From Eledone cirrhosa (Eukaryota), in contig OZ024756.1 in the NCBI GenBank assembly GCA_964016885.1, positions 2,852,001-2,916,000 of the forward strand: DNA of 64,000 nt, in the 5' to 3' direction. A program made the translations under genes and the position numbers. Of the stretch, positions 24,201 through 36,200 are shown piece by piece; positions within the stretch are counted from its first letter, which is position 1, and each line of letters starts with the position of its first letter. Under the pieces are notes generated by a model that had not been told where the DNA came from, made no database searches, and saw only the letters and a list, made by a program, of their open reading frames with translations.

Positions 24201-27200
24201 AGTTGTTAGTCAGTGAAGCTATAGTTACAGTTGTTAGTCAGCGTGGCTATAGTTACAGTTGTTAGTGGGCGAAGCTGTAGTTACAGTTGTTAGTCAGCGA
24301 GGCTATAGTTACAGTAGTTAGTCAGCGTGGCTGTAGTTACAGTTGTTAGTCAGTGAAGCTATAGTTACAGTTGTTAGTCAGCGTGGCTATAGTTACAGTT
24401 GTTAGTGGGCGAAGCTGTAGTTACAGTTGTTAGTCAGCGAGGCTATAGTTACAGTTGTTAGTCAGCGAGGCTGTATTTACAGTTGTTAGTCAGCGTTGCT
24501 ATAGTAACAGTTGTTATTGAGCGTGGCTAGAGTTACAGTTGTTAGTCAGCGTGGCTGTAGTTACAGTTGTTAATCAGTGAAGCTGTAGTCACAGTTGTTA
24601 GTCAGAGTGGCTCTACTTTCAGTTGTTAGTCAGGGAAGCTGTTGTTATAGTTGTTAGTCAGCGAAGCTGGAGTCACAGTTGTTAGTCAGCGTGCTTGTAG
24701 TTACAGTTGTTAGTCAGCGTGGCTATAATTACAGTTGTTAGTCAGCGTGGCTGTAGTTACAGTTGTTAGTCAGCGTGGCTATAGCTACAGTTGTTAGTCA
24801 GCGTGGCTATAGTTACAGATGTTAGTCAGCGTGGCTGTAGTTACAGTTGTTAGTCAGCGTGGCTGTAGTTACAGTTGTTAGTCAGCGAGGCTATAGTTAC
24901 AGTTGTTAGTCAGCGTGGCTGTAGTTACAGTTGTTAGTCAGCTTGGTTGTAGTTACAGTTGTTAGTCAGCGTGGCTGTAGTTACAGTTGTTATTCAGCGT
25001 GGCTGTAGTTATAGTTGTTAGTCAGCGTGGCTAGAGTTACAGTTGTTAGTCAGCGTGGCTGTAGTTACAGTTGTTAGTCAGCGTGGCTGTAGTTATAGTT
25101 GTTAGTCAGCGAGGCTGTAGTCACAGTTGTTTGTCAGCGTGGCTATAGTTACAGTTGTTAGTCAACGTGGCTATAGTTGCATTTGTTAGTCAGCGTGGCT
25201 ATAGTTACAGTTGTTAGTCAGCGTGGCTGTAGTTATTGTTGTTAGTCAGCGAGGCTGTAGTTAGAGTTGTTAGTCAGCGTGGCTGTAGTTATAGTTGTTA
25301 GTCAGCGAGGCTGTAGTTACAGTTGTTAGTCAGCGTGGCTGTAGTCACAGTTGTTAGTCAGCGTGGCTATAGTTACATTTGTTAGTCAGCGTGGCTGTAG
25401 TTACAGTTGTTAGTCAGCGAGGCTATAGTTAGAGTTGTTAGTCAGCGGGGCTGTAGTTATAGTTGTTAGTCAGCGTGGCTGTAGTTACAGTTGTTAGTCA
25501 GCGTAGCTGTAATCACAGTTGTTAGTCAGCGTGGCTATAGTTACAGTTGTTAGTCAGCCTGGCTGTAGTTACAGTTGTTAGTCAGCGAGGCTATAGTTAC
25601 AGTTGTTAGTCAGTGTGGCTCTAGTTACAGTTGTTAGTCAGCGTGGCTGTAGTTACAGTTGTTATTCAGCGTGGCTGTAGTTACAGTTGCTAGTCAGCGT
25701 GACTATAGTTACAGTTGTTAGTCAGCGTGGCTATAGTTACAGTTGTTAGTCAGCGTGGCTGTAGTTACAGTTGTTAGTTAGTGTGGCTATAGTTACAGTT
25801 GTTAGTCAGCGTGGCTGTACTTACAGTTGTTAGTTAGCGTGACTGTAGTTACAGTTGTTAGTCAGCGTGGTTGTAGTTACAGTTGTTAGTCAGCGTGGCT
25901 GTAGTTACATTTGTTAGTCAGCGTGGCTGTATTTACAGTTGTTAGTCAGTGAAGCTGTAGTTACAGTTGTTAGTCAGTGAAGCTGTAGTTACAGTTGTTA
26001 GTCAGCGTGGCTATAGTTAGATTTGTTAGTCAGCGTGGCTATAGTTACAGTTGTTAGTCAGCGTGGCTATAGTTACAGTTGTTAGTCAGCGAGGCTATAG
26101 TTACAGTTGTTAGTCAGCGTGGCTGTAGTTACAGTTGTTAGTCAGCTTGGTTGTAGTTACAGTTGTTAGTCAGCGTGGCTGTAGTTACAGTTGTTATTCA
26201 GCGTGGCTGTAGTTACAGTTGTTAGTCAGCGTGGCTGTAGTTATAGTTGTTAGTCAGCGAGGCTGTAGTCACAGTTGTTTGTCAGCGTGGCTGTACTTAC
26301 AGTTGTTAGTTAGCGTGGCTGTAGTTATAGTTGTTAGTCAGCGTGGCTGTAGTTATAGTTGTTAGTCAGCGTGGCTGTAGTTATAGTTGTTAGTCAGCGA
26401 GGCTGTAGTCACAGTTGTTAGTCAGCGTGGCTATAGTTACAGTTGTTAGTCAGCGAGGCTGTAGTTAGAGTTGTTAGTCAGCGTGGCTGTAGTTATAGTT
26501 GTTAGTCAGCGAGGCTGTAGTCACAGTTGTTAGTCAGCGTGGCTATAGTTACATTTGTTAGTTAGCGGGGCTGTAGTTATAGTTGTTAGTCAGCGAGGCT
26601 GTAGTTACAGTTGTTAGTCAGCGAGGCTGTAGTTACAGTTGTTAGTCAGCGTGGCTATAGTTACAGTTGTTAGTCAGCGTGGCTATAGTTACAGTTGTTA
26701 GTCAGCGTGGCTGTAGTTACAGTTGTTAGTCAGCGTGCTTGTAGTTACAGTTGTTAGTCAGCGTGGCTATAGTTACAGTTGTTAGTCAGCGTGGCTGTAG
26801 TTACAGTTGTTAGTCAGCGTGCTTGTAGTTACAGTTGTTAGTCAGCGTGGCTATAGTTACAGTTGTTAGTCAGCGTGGCTATAGTTACAGTTGTTAGTCA
26901 GCGTGGCTATAGTTACAGTTGTCAGTCAGCGTGGCTGTAGTTACAGTTGTTAGTCAGCGTGGCTATAGTTACAGTTGTTAGTCAGCGTGGCTGTAGTTAC
27001 AGTTGTTAGTCAGCGTGCTTGTAGTTACAGTTGTTAGTCAGCGTGGCTATAGTTACAGTTGTTAGTCAGCGTGGCTGTAGTTACAGTTGTTAGTCAGCGT
27101 GGCTGTAGTTACAGTTGTTAGTTAGCGAGGCTATAGTTACAGTTGTTAGTCAGCGTGGCTGTAGTTACAGTTGTTAGTCAGCTTGGTTGTAGTTACAGTT

Positions 27201-30200
27201 GTTAGTCATCTTGGCTGTAGTTACAGTTGTTATTCAGCGTGGCTGTAGTTATAGTTGTTAGTCAGCGTGGCTGTAGTTATAGTTGTTAGTCAGCGAGGCT
27301 GTAGTTACAGTTGTTAGTCAGCGTGGCTGTAGTTATAGTTGTTAGTCAGCGAGGCTGTAGTCACAGTTGTTAGTCAGCGTGGCTGTAGTTACAGTTGTTA
27401 GTCAGTGAAGTTGTAATTACAGTTGTTAGTCAGCAAAGCTGTAGTTACAGATGTTTGTCATCGAGGCTACATTTACAGTTGTTAGTCGGCGTGACTATAG
27501 TTACGGTTGTTAATCAGCGAAGCTGTAGTTACAGTTGTTAGTGAACGATGCTATCGTTACAGTTGTTAGTCGGCGTGGCTATAGTTACAGTTGTTAGTCA
27601 GCGTGGCTATAGTTACAGTTGTTAGTCAGCGTGGCTATAGCTACAGTTGTTAGTCAGCGTGGCTGTAGTTACAATTGTTAGTCAGCGTGGCTGTACTTAC
27701 AGTTGTTAGTCAGCGAGGCTGTAGTTACAGTTGTTAGTCAACGTGGCTATAGTTACAGTTGTTAGTCTGCGTGGCTATAGTTACAGTTGTTAGTCAGCGT
27801 GGCTATAGTTACAGTTGTTAGTCAGTGAAGCTGTAGTTACAGTTGTTAGTCAGCGTGGCTGTAGTTACAGTTGTTAGTCAGCGTGACTGTAGTTACAGTT
27901 GTTAGTTAGCGAGGCTATAGTTACAGTTGTTAGTCAGCGTGGCTGTAGTTACAGTTGTTAGTCAGCGTGACTGTAGTTACAGTTGTTAGTGAGCGTGGCT
28001 ATAGCTAAAGTTGTTAGTCAGCGTGGCTGTAGTTACAGTTGTTAGTCAGCGTGGCTGTAGTTACAGTTGTTAGTCAGTGAAGCTATAGTTACAGTTGTTA
28101 GTCAGCGTGGCTATAGTTACAGTTGTTAGTCAGCGTGGCTGTAGTATCAGTTGTTAGTCAGTGAAGCTATAGTTACAGTTGTTAGTCAGTGAAGCTGTAG
28201 TTACAGTAGTTGGTCAGCGTGGCTGTAGTTACAGTTGTTAGTCAGTGAAGCTATAGTTACAGTTGTTAGTCAGCGTGGCTATAGTTACAGTTGTTAGTGG
28301 GCGAAGCTGTAGTTACAGTTGTTAGTCAGCGAGGCTATAGTTACAGTAGTTAGTCAGCGTGGCTGTAGTTACAGTTGTTAGTCAGTGAAGCTATAGTTAC
28401 AGTTGTTAGTCAGCGTGGCTATAGTTACAGTTGTTAGTGGGCGAAGCTGTAGTTACAGTTGTTAGTCAGCGAGGCTATAGTTACAGTTGTTAGTCAGCGA
28501 GGCTGTATTTACAGTTGTTAGTCAGCGTTGCTATAGTTACAGTTGTTATTGAGCGTGGCTAGAGTTACAGTTGTTAGTCAGCGTGGCTGTAGTTACAGTT
28601 GTTAATCGGTGAAGCTGTAGTCACAGTTGTTAGTCAGAGTGGCTCTACTTTCAGTTGTTAGTCAGGGAAGCTGTTGTTATAGTTGTTAGTCAGCGAAGCT
28701 GGAGTCACAGTTGTTAGTCAGCGTGCTTGTAGTTACAGTTGTTAGTCAGCGTGGCTATAATTACAGTTGTTAGTCAGCGTGGCTGTAGTTACAGTTGTTA
28801 GTCAGCGTGGCTATAGCTACAGTTGTTAGTCAGCGTGGCTATAGTTACAGATGTTAGTCAGCGTGGCTGTAGTTACAGTTGTTAGTCAGCGTGGCTGTAG
28901 TTACAGTTGTTAGTCAGCGAGGCTATAGTTACAGTTGTTAGTCAGCGTGGCTGTAGTTACAGTTGTTAGTCAGCTTGGTTGTAGTTACAGTTGTTAGTCA
29001 GCGTGGCTGTAGTTACAGTTGTTATTCAGCGTGGCTGTAGTTATAGTTGTTAGTCAGCGTGGCTAGAGTTACAGTTGTTAGTCAGCGTGACTGTAGTTAC
29101 AGTTGTTAGTTAGCGAGGCTATAGTTACAGTTGTTAGTCAGCGTGGCTGTAGTTACAGTTGTTAGTCAGCGTGACTGTAGTTACAGTTGTTAGTGAGCGT
29201 GGCTATAGCTAAAGTTGTTAGTCAGCGTGGCTGTAGTTACAGTTGTTAGTCAGCGTGGCTGTAGTTACAGTTGTTAGTCAGTGAAGCTATAGTTACAGTT
29301 GTTAGTCAGCGTGGCTATAGTTACAGTTGTTAGTCAGCGTGGCTGTAGTATCAGTTGTTAGTCAGTGAAGCTATAGTTACAGTTGTTAGTCAGTGAAGCT
29401 GTAGTTACAGTAGTTGGTCAGCGTGGCTGTAGTTACAGTTGTTAGTCAGTGAAGCTATAGTTACAGTTGTTAGTCAGCGTGGCTATAGTTACAGTTGTTA
29501 GTGGGCGAAGCTGTAGTTACAGTTGTTAGTCAGCGAGGCTATAGTTACAGTAGTTAGTCAGCGTGGCTGTAGTTACAGTTGTTAGTCAGTGAAGCTATAG
29601 TTACAGTTGTTAGTCAGCGTGGCTATAGTTACAGTTGTTAGTGGGCGAAGCTGTAGTTACAGTTGTTAGTCAGCGAGGCTATAGTTACAGTTGTTAGTCA
29701 GCGAGGCTGTATTTACAGTTGTTAGTCAGCGTTGCTATAGTTACAGTTGTTATTGAGCGTGGCTAGAGTTACAGTTGTTAGTCAGCGTGGCTGTAGTTAC
29801 AGTTGTTAATCGGTGAAGCTGTAGTCACAGTTGTTAGTCAGAGTGGCTCTACTTTCAGTTGTTAGTCAGGGAAGCTGTTGTTATAGTTGTTAGTCAGCGA
29901 AGCTGGAGTCACAGTTGTTAGTCAGCGTGCTTGTAGTTACAGTTGTTAGTCAGCGTGGCTATAATTACAGTTGTTAGTCAGCGTGGCTGTAGTTACAGTT
30001 GTTAGTCAGCGTGGCTATAGCTACAGTTGTTAGTCAGCGTGGCTATAGTTACAGATGTTAGTCAGCGTGGCTGTAGTTACAGTTGTTAGTCAGCGTGGCT
30101 GTAGTTACAGTTGTTAGTCAGCGAGGCTATAGTTACAGTTGTTAGTCAGCGTGGCTGTAGTTACAGTTGTTAGTCAGCTTGGTTGTAGTTACAGTTGTTA

Positions 30201-33200
30201 GTCAGCGTGGCTGTAGTTACAGTTGTTATTCAGCGTGGCTGTAGTTATAGTTGTTAGTCAGCGTGGCTAGAGTTACAGTTGTTAGTCAGCGTGGCTGTAG
30301 TTACAGTTGTTAGTCAGCGTGGCTGTAGTTATAGTTGTTAGTCAGCGAGGCTGTAGTCACAGTTGTTTGTCAGCGTGGCTATATTTACAGTTGTTAGTCA
30401 ACGTGGCTATAGTTGCATTTGTTAGTCAGCGTGGCTATAGTTACAGTTGTTAGTCAGCGTGGCTGTAGTTATTGTTGTTAGTCAGCGAGGCTGTAGTTAG
30501 AGTTGTTAGTCAGCGTGGCTGTAGTTATAGTTGTTAGTCAGCGAGGCTGTAGTTACAGTTGTTAGTCAGCGTGGCTGTAGTCACAGTTGTTAGTCAGCGT
30601 GGCTATAGTTACATTTGTTAGTCAGCGTGGCTGTAGTTACAGTTGTTAGTCAGCGAGGCTATAGTTAGAGTTGTTAGTCAGCGGGGCTGTAGTTATAGTT
30701 GTTAGTCAGCGTGGCTGTAGTTACAGTTGTTAGTCAGCGTAGCTGTAATCACAGTTGTTAGTCAGCGTGGCTATAGTTACAGTTGTTAGTCAGCCTGGCT
30801 GTAGTTACAGTTGTTAGTCAGCGAGGCTATAGTTACAGTTGTTAGTCAGTGTGGCTCTAGTTACAGTTGTTAGTCAGCGTGGCTGTAGTTACAGTTGTTA
30901 TTCAGCGTGGCTGTAGTTACAGTTGCTAGTCAGCGTGACTATAGTTACAGTTGTTAGTCAGCGTGGCTATAGTTACAGTTGTTAGTCAGCGTGGCTGTAG
31001 TTACAGTTGTTAGTTAGTGTGGCTATAGTTACAGTTGTTAGTCAGCGTGGCTGTACTTACAGTTGTTAGTTAGCGTGACTGTAGTTACAGTTGTTAGTCA
31101 GCGTGGTTGTAGTTACAGTTGTTAGTCAGCGTGGCTGTAGTTACATTTGTTAGTCAGCGTGGCTGTATTTACAGTTGTTAGTCAGTGAAGCTGTAGTTAC
31201 AGTTGTTAGTCAGTGAAGCTGTAGTTACAGTTGTTAGTCAGCGTGGCTATAGTTAGATTTGTTAGTCAGCGTGGCTATAGTTACAGTTGTTAGTCAGCGT
31301 GGCTATAGTTACAGTTGTTAGTCAGCGAGGCTATAGTTACAGTTGTTAGTCAGCGTGGCTGTAGTTACAGTTGTTAGTCAGCTTGGTTGTAGTTACAGTT
31401 GTTAGTCAGCGTGGCTGTAGTTACAGTTGTTATTCAGCGTGGCTGTAGTTACAGTTGTTAGTCAGCGTGGCTGTAGTTATAGTTGTTAGTCAGCGAGGCT
31501 GTAGTCACAGTTGTTTGTCAGCGTGGCTGTACTTACAGTTGTTAGTTAGCGTGGCTGTAGTTATAGTTGTTAGTCAGCGTGGCTGTAGTTATAGTTGTTA
31601 GTCAGCGTGGCTGTAGTTATAGTTGTTAGTCAGCGAGGCTGTAGTCACAGTTGTTAGTCAGTGTGGCTATAGTTACAGTTGTTAGTCAGCGAGGCTGTAG
31701 TTAGAGTTGTTAGTCAGCGTGGCTGTAGTTATAGTTGTTACTCAGCGAGGCTGTAGTCACAGTTGTTAGTCAGCGTGGCTATAGTTACATTTGTTAGTTA
31801 GCGGGGCTGTAGTTATAGTTGTTAGTCAGCGAGGCTGTAGTTACAGTTGTTAGTCAGCGAGGCTGTAGTCACAGTTGTTAGTCAGCGTGGCTATAGTTAC
31901 ATTTGTTAGTTAGCGGGGCTGTAGTTATAGTTGTTAGTCAGTGAAGCTGTAATTACAGTTGTTAGTCAGCAAAGCTGTAGTTACAGATGTTTGTCATCGA
32001 GGCTACATTTACAGTTGTTAGTCGGCGTGACTATAGTTACGGTTGTTAATCAGCGAAGCTGTAGTTACAGTTGTTAGTGAACGATGCTATCGTTACAGTT
32101 GTTAGTCGGCGCTGCTGTAGTTACAGTTGTTAGTCAGCGTGGCTGTAGTTACAGTTGTTAGTCAGCGAGGCTATAGTTACAGTTGTTAGTCAGCGTGGCT
32201 CTAGTTACAGTTGTTAGTCAGCGTGGTTTTAGTTACAGTTGTTACTCAGCGTGGCTATAGTTACAGTTGTTACTCACCGTGGCTATAGTTACAGTTGTTA
32301 GTCTGCGTCGCTATAGTTACAGTTGTTAGTCAGCGGGGCTATAGTTACAGTTGTTAGTCAGCGTGGCTGTACTTACAGTTGTTAGTCAGCGACGCTGTAG
32401 TTACAGTTGTTAGTCAACGTGGCTATAGTTACAGTTGTTAGTCAGCGGGGCTATAGTTACAGTTGTTAGTCAGCGTGGCTGTACTTACAGTTGTTAGAGT
32501 CAACGTGGCTATAGTTACAGTTGTTAGTCAGCGGGGCTATAGTTACAGTTGTTAGTCAGCGGGGCTATAGTTACAGTTGTTAGTCAGTGAAGCTGTAGTT
32601 ACAGTTGTTAGTCAGTGGAGCTGTAGTTACAGTTGTTAGTCAGCGTGGCTATAGTTACAGTTGTTAGTCACCGTGGCTATAGTTACAGTTGTTAGTCTGC
32701 GTGGCTATAGTTACAGTTGTTAGTCAGCGGGGCTATAGTTACAGTTGTTAGTCAGTGAAGCTGTAGTTACAGTTGTTAGTCAGTGAAGCTGTAGTTACAT
32801 TTGTTAGTCAGCTTGGCTGTAGTTACAGTTGTTAGTCAGTGCAGCTGTAGTTACAGTTGTTAGTCAGCTTGGCTGTAGTTACAGTTGTTAGTCAGCGTGG
32901 CTGTAGTTACAGTCGTTAGTCAATGAAGCTGTAGTTACAGTTGTTAGTCAGCGTGGCTATAGTTACAGTTGTTAGTCAGTGAAGCTGTAGTTACAGTAGT
33001 TAGTCAGCGTGGCTGTAGTTACAGTTGTTAGTCAGCGTAGCTGTAGTCACAGTTGTTAGTCAGCGTGGCTATAGTCACAGTTGTTAGTCAGCGAGGCTGT
33101 AGTTACAGTTGTTAGTCAGTGAAGCTGTAGTTACAGTTGTTAGTTAGCGATTCTGTAGTTACAGTTGCTAGTCAGCGTGGCTGTAGTTACAGTTGTTAGT

Positions 33201-36200
33201 CAGTGCGGCTGTAGTTACAGTTGTTAGTCAGCGATTCTGTAGTTACAGTTGTTAGTCAGCGTGTCTATAGTTACAGTTGTTAGTCAGCGTGGCTATAGTT
33301 ACAGTTGTTAGTCAGCGTGCTTGTAGTTACAGTTGTTATTCAGCGCTGCTGTAGTTACAGTTGTTAGTCAGCGTGGCTGTACTTACAGTTGTTAGTCAGC
33401 GAGGCTGTAGTTACAGTTGTTAGTCAGAGTGGCTATAGTTACAGTTGTTAGTCTGCGTGGCTATAGTTACAGTTGTTAGTCAGCGTGCTTGTAGTTACAG
33501 CTGTTATTCAGCGCTGCTGTAGTTACAGTTGTTAGTCAGCGTGGCTGTACTTACAGTTGTTAGTCAGCGAGGCTGTAGTTACAGTTGTTAGTCAACGTGG
33601 CTATAGTTACAGTTGTTAGTCTGCGTGGCTATAGTTACAGTTGTTAGTCAGCGTGGCTATAGTTACAGTTGTTAGTCAGCGTGGCTATAGTTACAGTTGT
33701 TAGTCAGCGTGCTTGTAGTTACAGCTGTTATTCAGCGCTGCTGTAGTTACAGTTGTTAGTCAGCGTGGCTGTACTTACAGTTGTTAGTCAGCGACGCTGT
33801 AGTCACAGTTGTCAGTCAGCGTGGCTATAGTCACAGTTGTTAGTCAGCGAGGCTGTAGTTACAGTTGTTAGTCAACGTGGCTATAGTTACAGTTGTTAGT
33901 CTGCGTGGCTGTATTTACAGTTGTTAGTCAGTGAAGCTGAAGTTACAGTTGTTAGTCAGTGAAGCTGTAGTTACAGTTGTTAGTCAGCGTGGCTATAGTT
34001 ACAGTTGTTAGTCAGCGTGGCTATAGTTACAGTTGTTAGTCAGCGTGCTTGTAGTTACAGCTGTTATTCAGCGCTGCTGTAGTTACAGTTGTTAGTCAGC
34101 GTGGCTGTACTTACAGTTGTTAGTCAGCGACGCTGTAGTCACAGTTGTCAGTCAGCGTGGCTATAGTCACAGTTGTTAGTCAGCGAGGCTGTAGTTACAG
34201 TTGTTAGTCAGTGAAGCTGTAGTTACAGTTGTTAGTTAGCGAGGCTTTAGTTACAGTTGTTAGTCAGTGAAGCTGTAATTACAGTTGTTAGTCAGCGTGG
34301 CTATAGTTACAGTTGTTAGTCAGTGAAGCTGTAGTTACAGTTGTTAGTTAGCGAGGCTATAGTTACAGTTGCTAGTCAGCGTGGCTGTAGTTACAGTTGT
34401 TAGTCAGCGTAGCTGTAGTCACAGTTGTTAGTCAGCGTGGCTATAGTCACAGTTGTTAGTCATCGAGGCTGTAGTTACAGTTGTTAGTCAGTGAAGCTGT
34501 AGTTACAGTTGTTAGTTAGCGAGGCTTTAGTTACAGTTGTTAGTCAGTGTAGTTATAGTTACAGTTGTTAGGCAGTGAAGCTGTAATTACAGTTGTTAGT
34601 CAGCGTGGCTGTAGTTACAGTTGTTAGTCAGTGCGGCTATAGTTACAGTTGTTAGTCAGTGCGGCTGTAGTTACAGTTGTTAGTCAGTGCGGCTGTAGTT
34701 ACAGTTGTTAGTCAGCGAGGCTATAGTTACAGTTGTTAGTCAGCGTGTCTATAGTTACAGTTGTTAGTCAGCGTGGCTATAGTTACAGTTGTTAGTGGGC
34801 GTGCTTGTAGTTACAGTTGTTAGTCAGTGCGGCTGTAGTTACAGTTGTTAGTCAGTGCGGCTGTAGTTACAGTTGTTAGTCAGCATGGCTGTACTTACAG
34901 TTGTTAGTCAGCGAGGCTGTAGTTACAGTTGTTAGTCAGCGTGGCTGTAGTTACAGTTGTTAGTCAGCGTGGCTATAGCTACAGTTGTTAGTCAGCGTGG
35001 CTATAGTTACAGTTGTTAGTTAGCGTGGCTATAGTTACAGTTGTTAGTCAGCGTGGCTGTAGTTACAGTTGTTAGTCAGCGTGGCTATAGCTACAGTTGT
35101 TAGTCAGCGTGGCTATAGCTACAGTTGTTAGTCAGCGTGGCTATAGTTACAGTTGTTAGTCAGTGAAGCTGTAGTTACAGTTGTTAGTCAGCGAGGCTAT
35201 AGTTACAGTTGGTAGTCAGCGAGGCTATAGTTACAGTTGTTAGTGGGCGTGGCTGTAGTTACAGTTGTTAGTCAGCGTGGCTGTTATTATAGTTGTTAGT
35301 CAGCGTGGCTATAGTTACAGTTGTTAGTCAGCGTGGCTGTAGTTACAGTTGTTAGTCAGCGAGGCTGTAGTTACAGTTGTTAGTCAGCGTGGCTGTAGTT
35401 ATAGTTGTTAGTCAGCGAGGATGTAGTCACAGTTGTTAGTCAGCGTGGCTATAGTTGCATTTGTTAGTCAGCGTGGCTATAGTTACAGTTGTTAGTCAGC
35501 GTGGCTGTAGTTATAGTTGTTAGTCAGCGAGGCTCTAGCTACAGTTGTTAGTCAGCGTGGCTGTAGTTATAGTTGTTAGTCAGCGAGGCTGTAGTCACAG
35601 TTGTTAGTCAGCGTGGCTATAGTTACATTTGTTAGATAGCAGGACTGTAGTTATAGTTGTTAGTCAGCGAGGCTGTAGTTACAGTTGTTAGTCAGCAAAG
35701 CTGTAGTTACAGATGTTTATCATCGAGGCTACATTTACAGTTGTTAGTCGGCGTGACTATAGTTACAGTTGTTAGTCAGCGTGGCTATAGTTACAGTTGT
35801 TAGTCAGCGTGCTTGTAGTTACAGTTGTTAGTCAGCGTGGCTGTAGCTACAGTTGTTAGTCAGCCTGGCTGTAGTTACAGTTGTTAGTCAGCGCGGCTAT
35901 AGTTACAGTTGTTAGTCAGCGTGGCTGTAGTTACAGTTGTTAGTCAGCGTGGTTGTAGTTACAGTTGTTAGTCAGCGTGGTTGTAGTTACAGTTGTTAGT
36001 CAGCGTGGCTGTAGCTACAGTTGTTAGTCAGCTTGGCTGTAGTTACAGTTGTTAGTCAGCGAGGCTATAGTTACAGTTGTTAGTCAGCGTGGCTGTAGTT
36101 ACAGTTGTTAGTCAGCGTGGTTGTAGTTACAGTTGTTAGTCAGCGTGGTTGTAGTTACAGTTGTTAGTCAGTGTGGCTATAGTTACAGTTGTTAGTCAGC

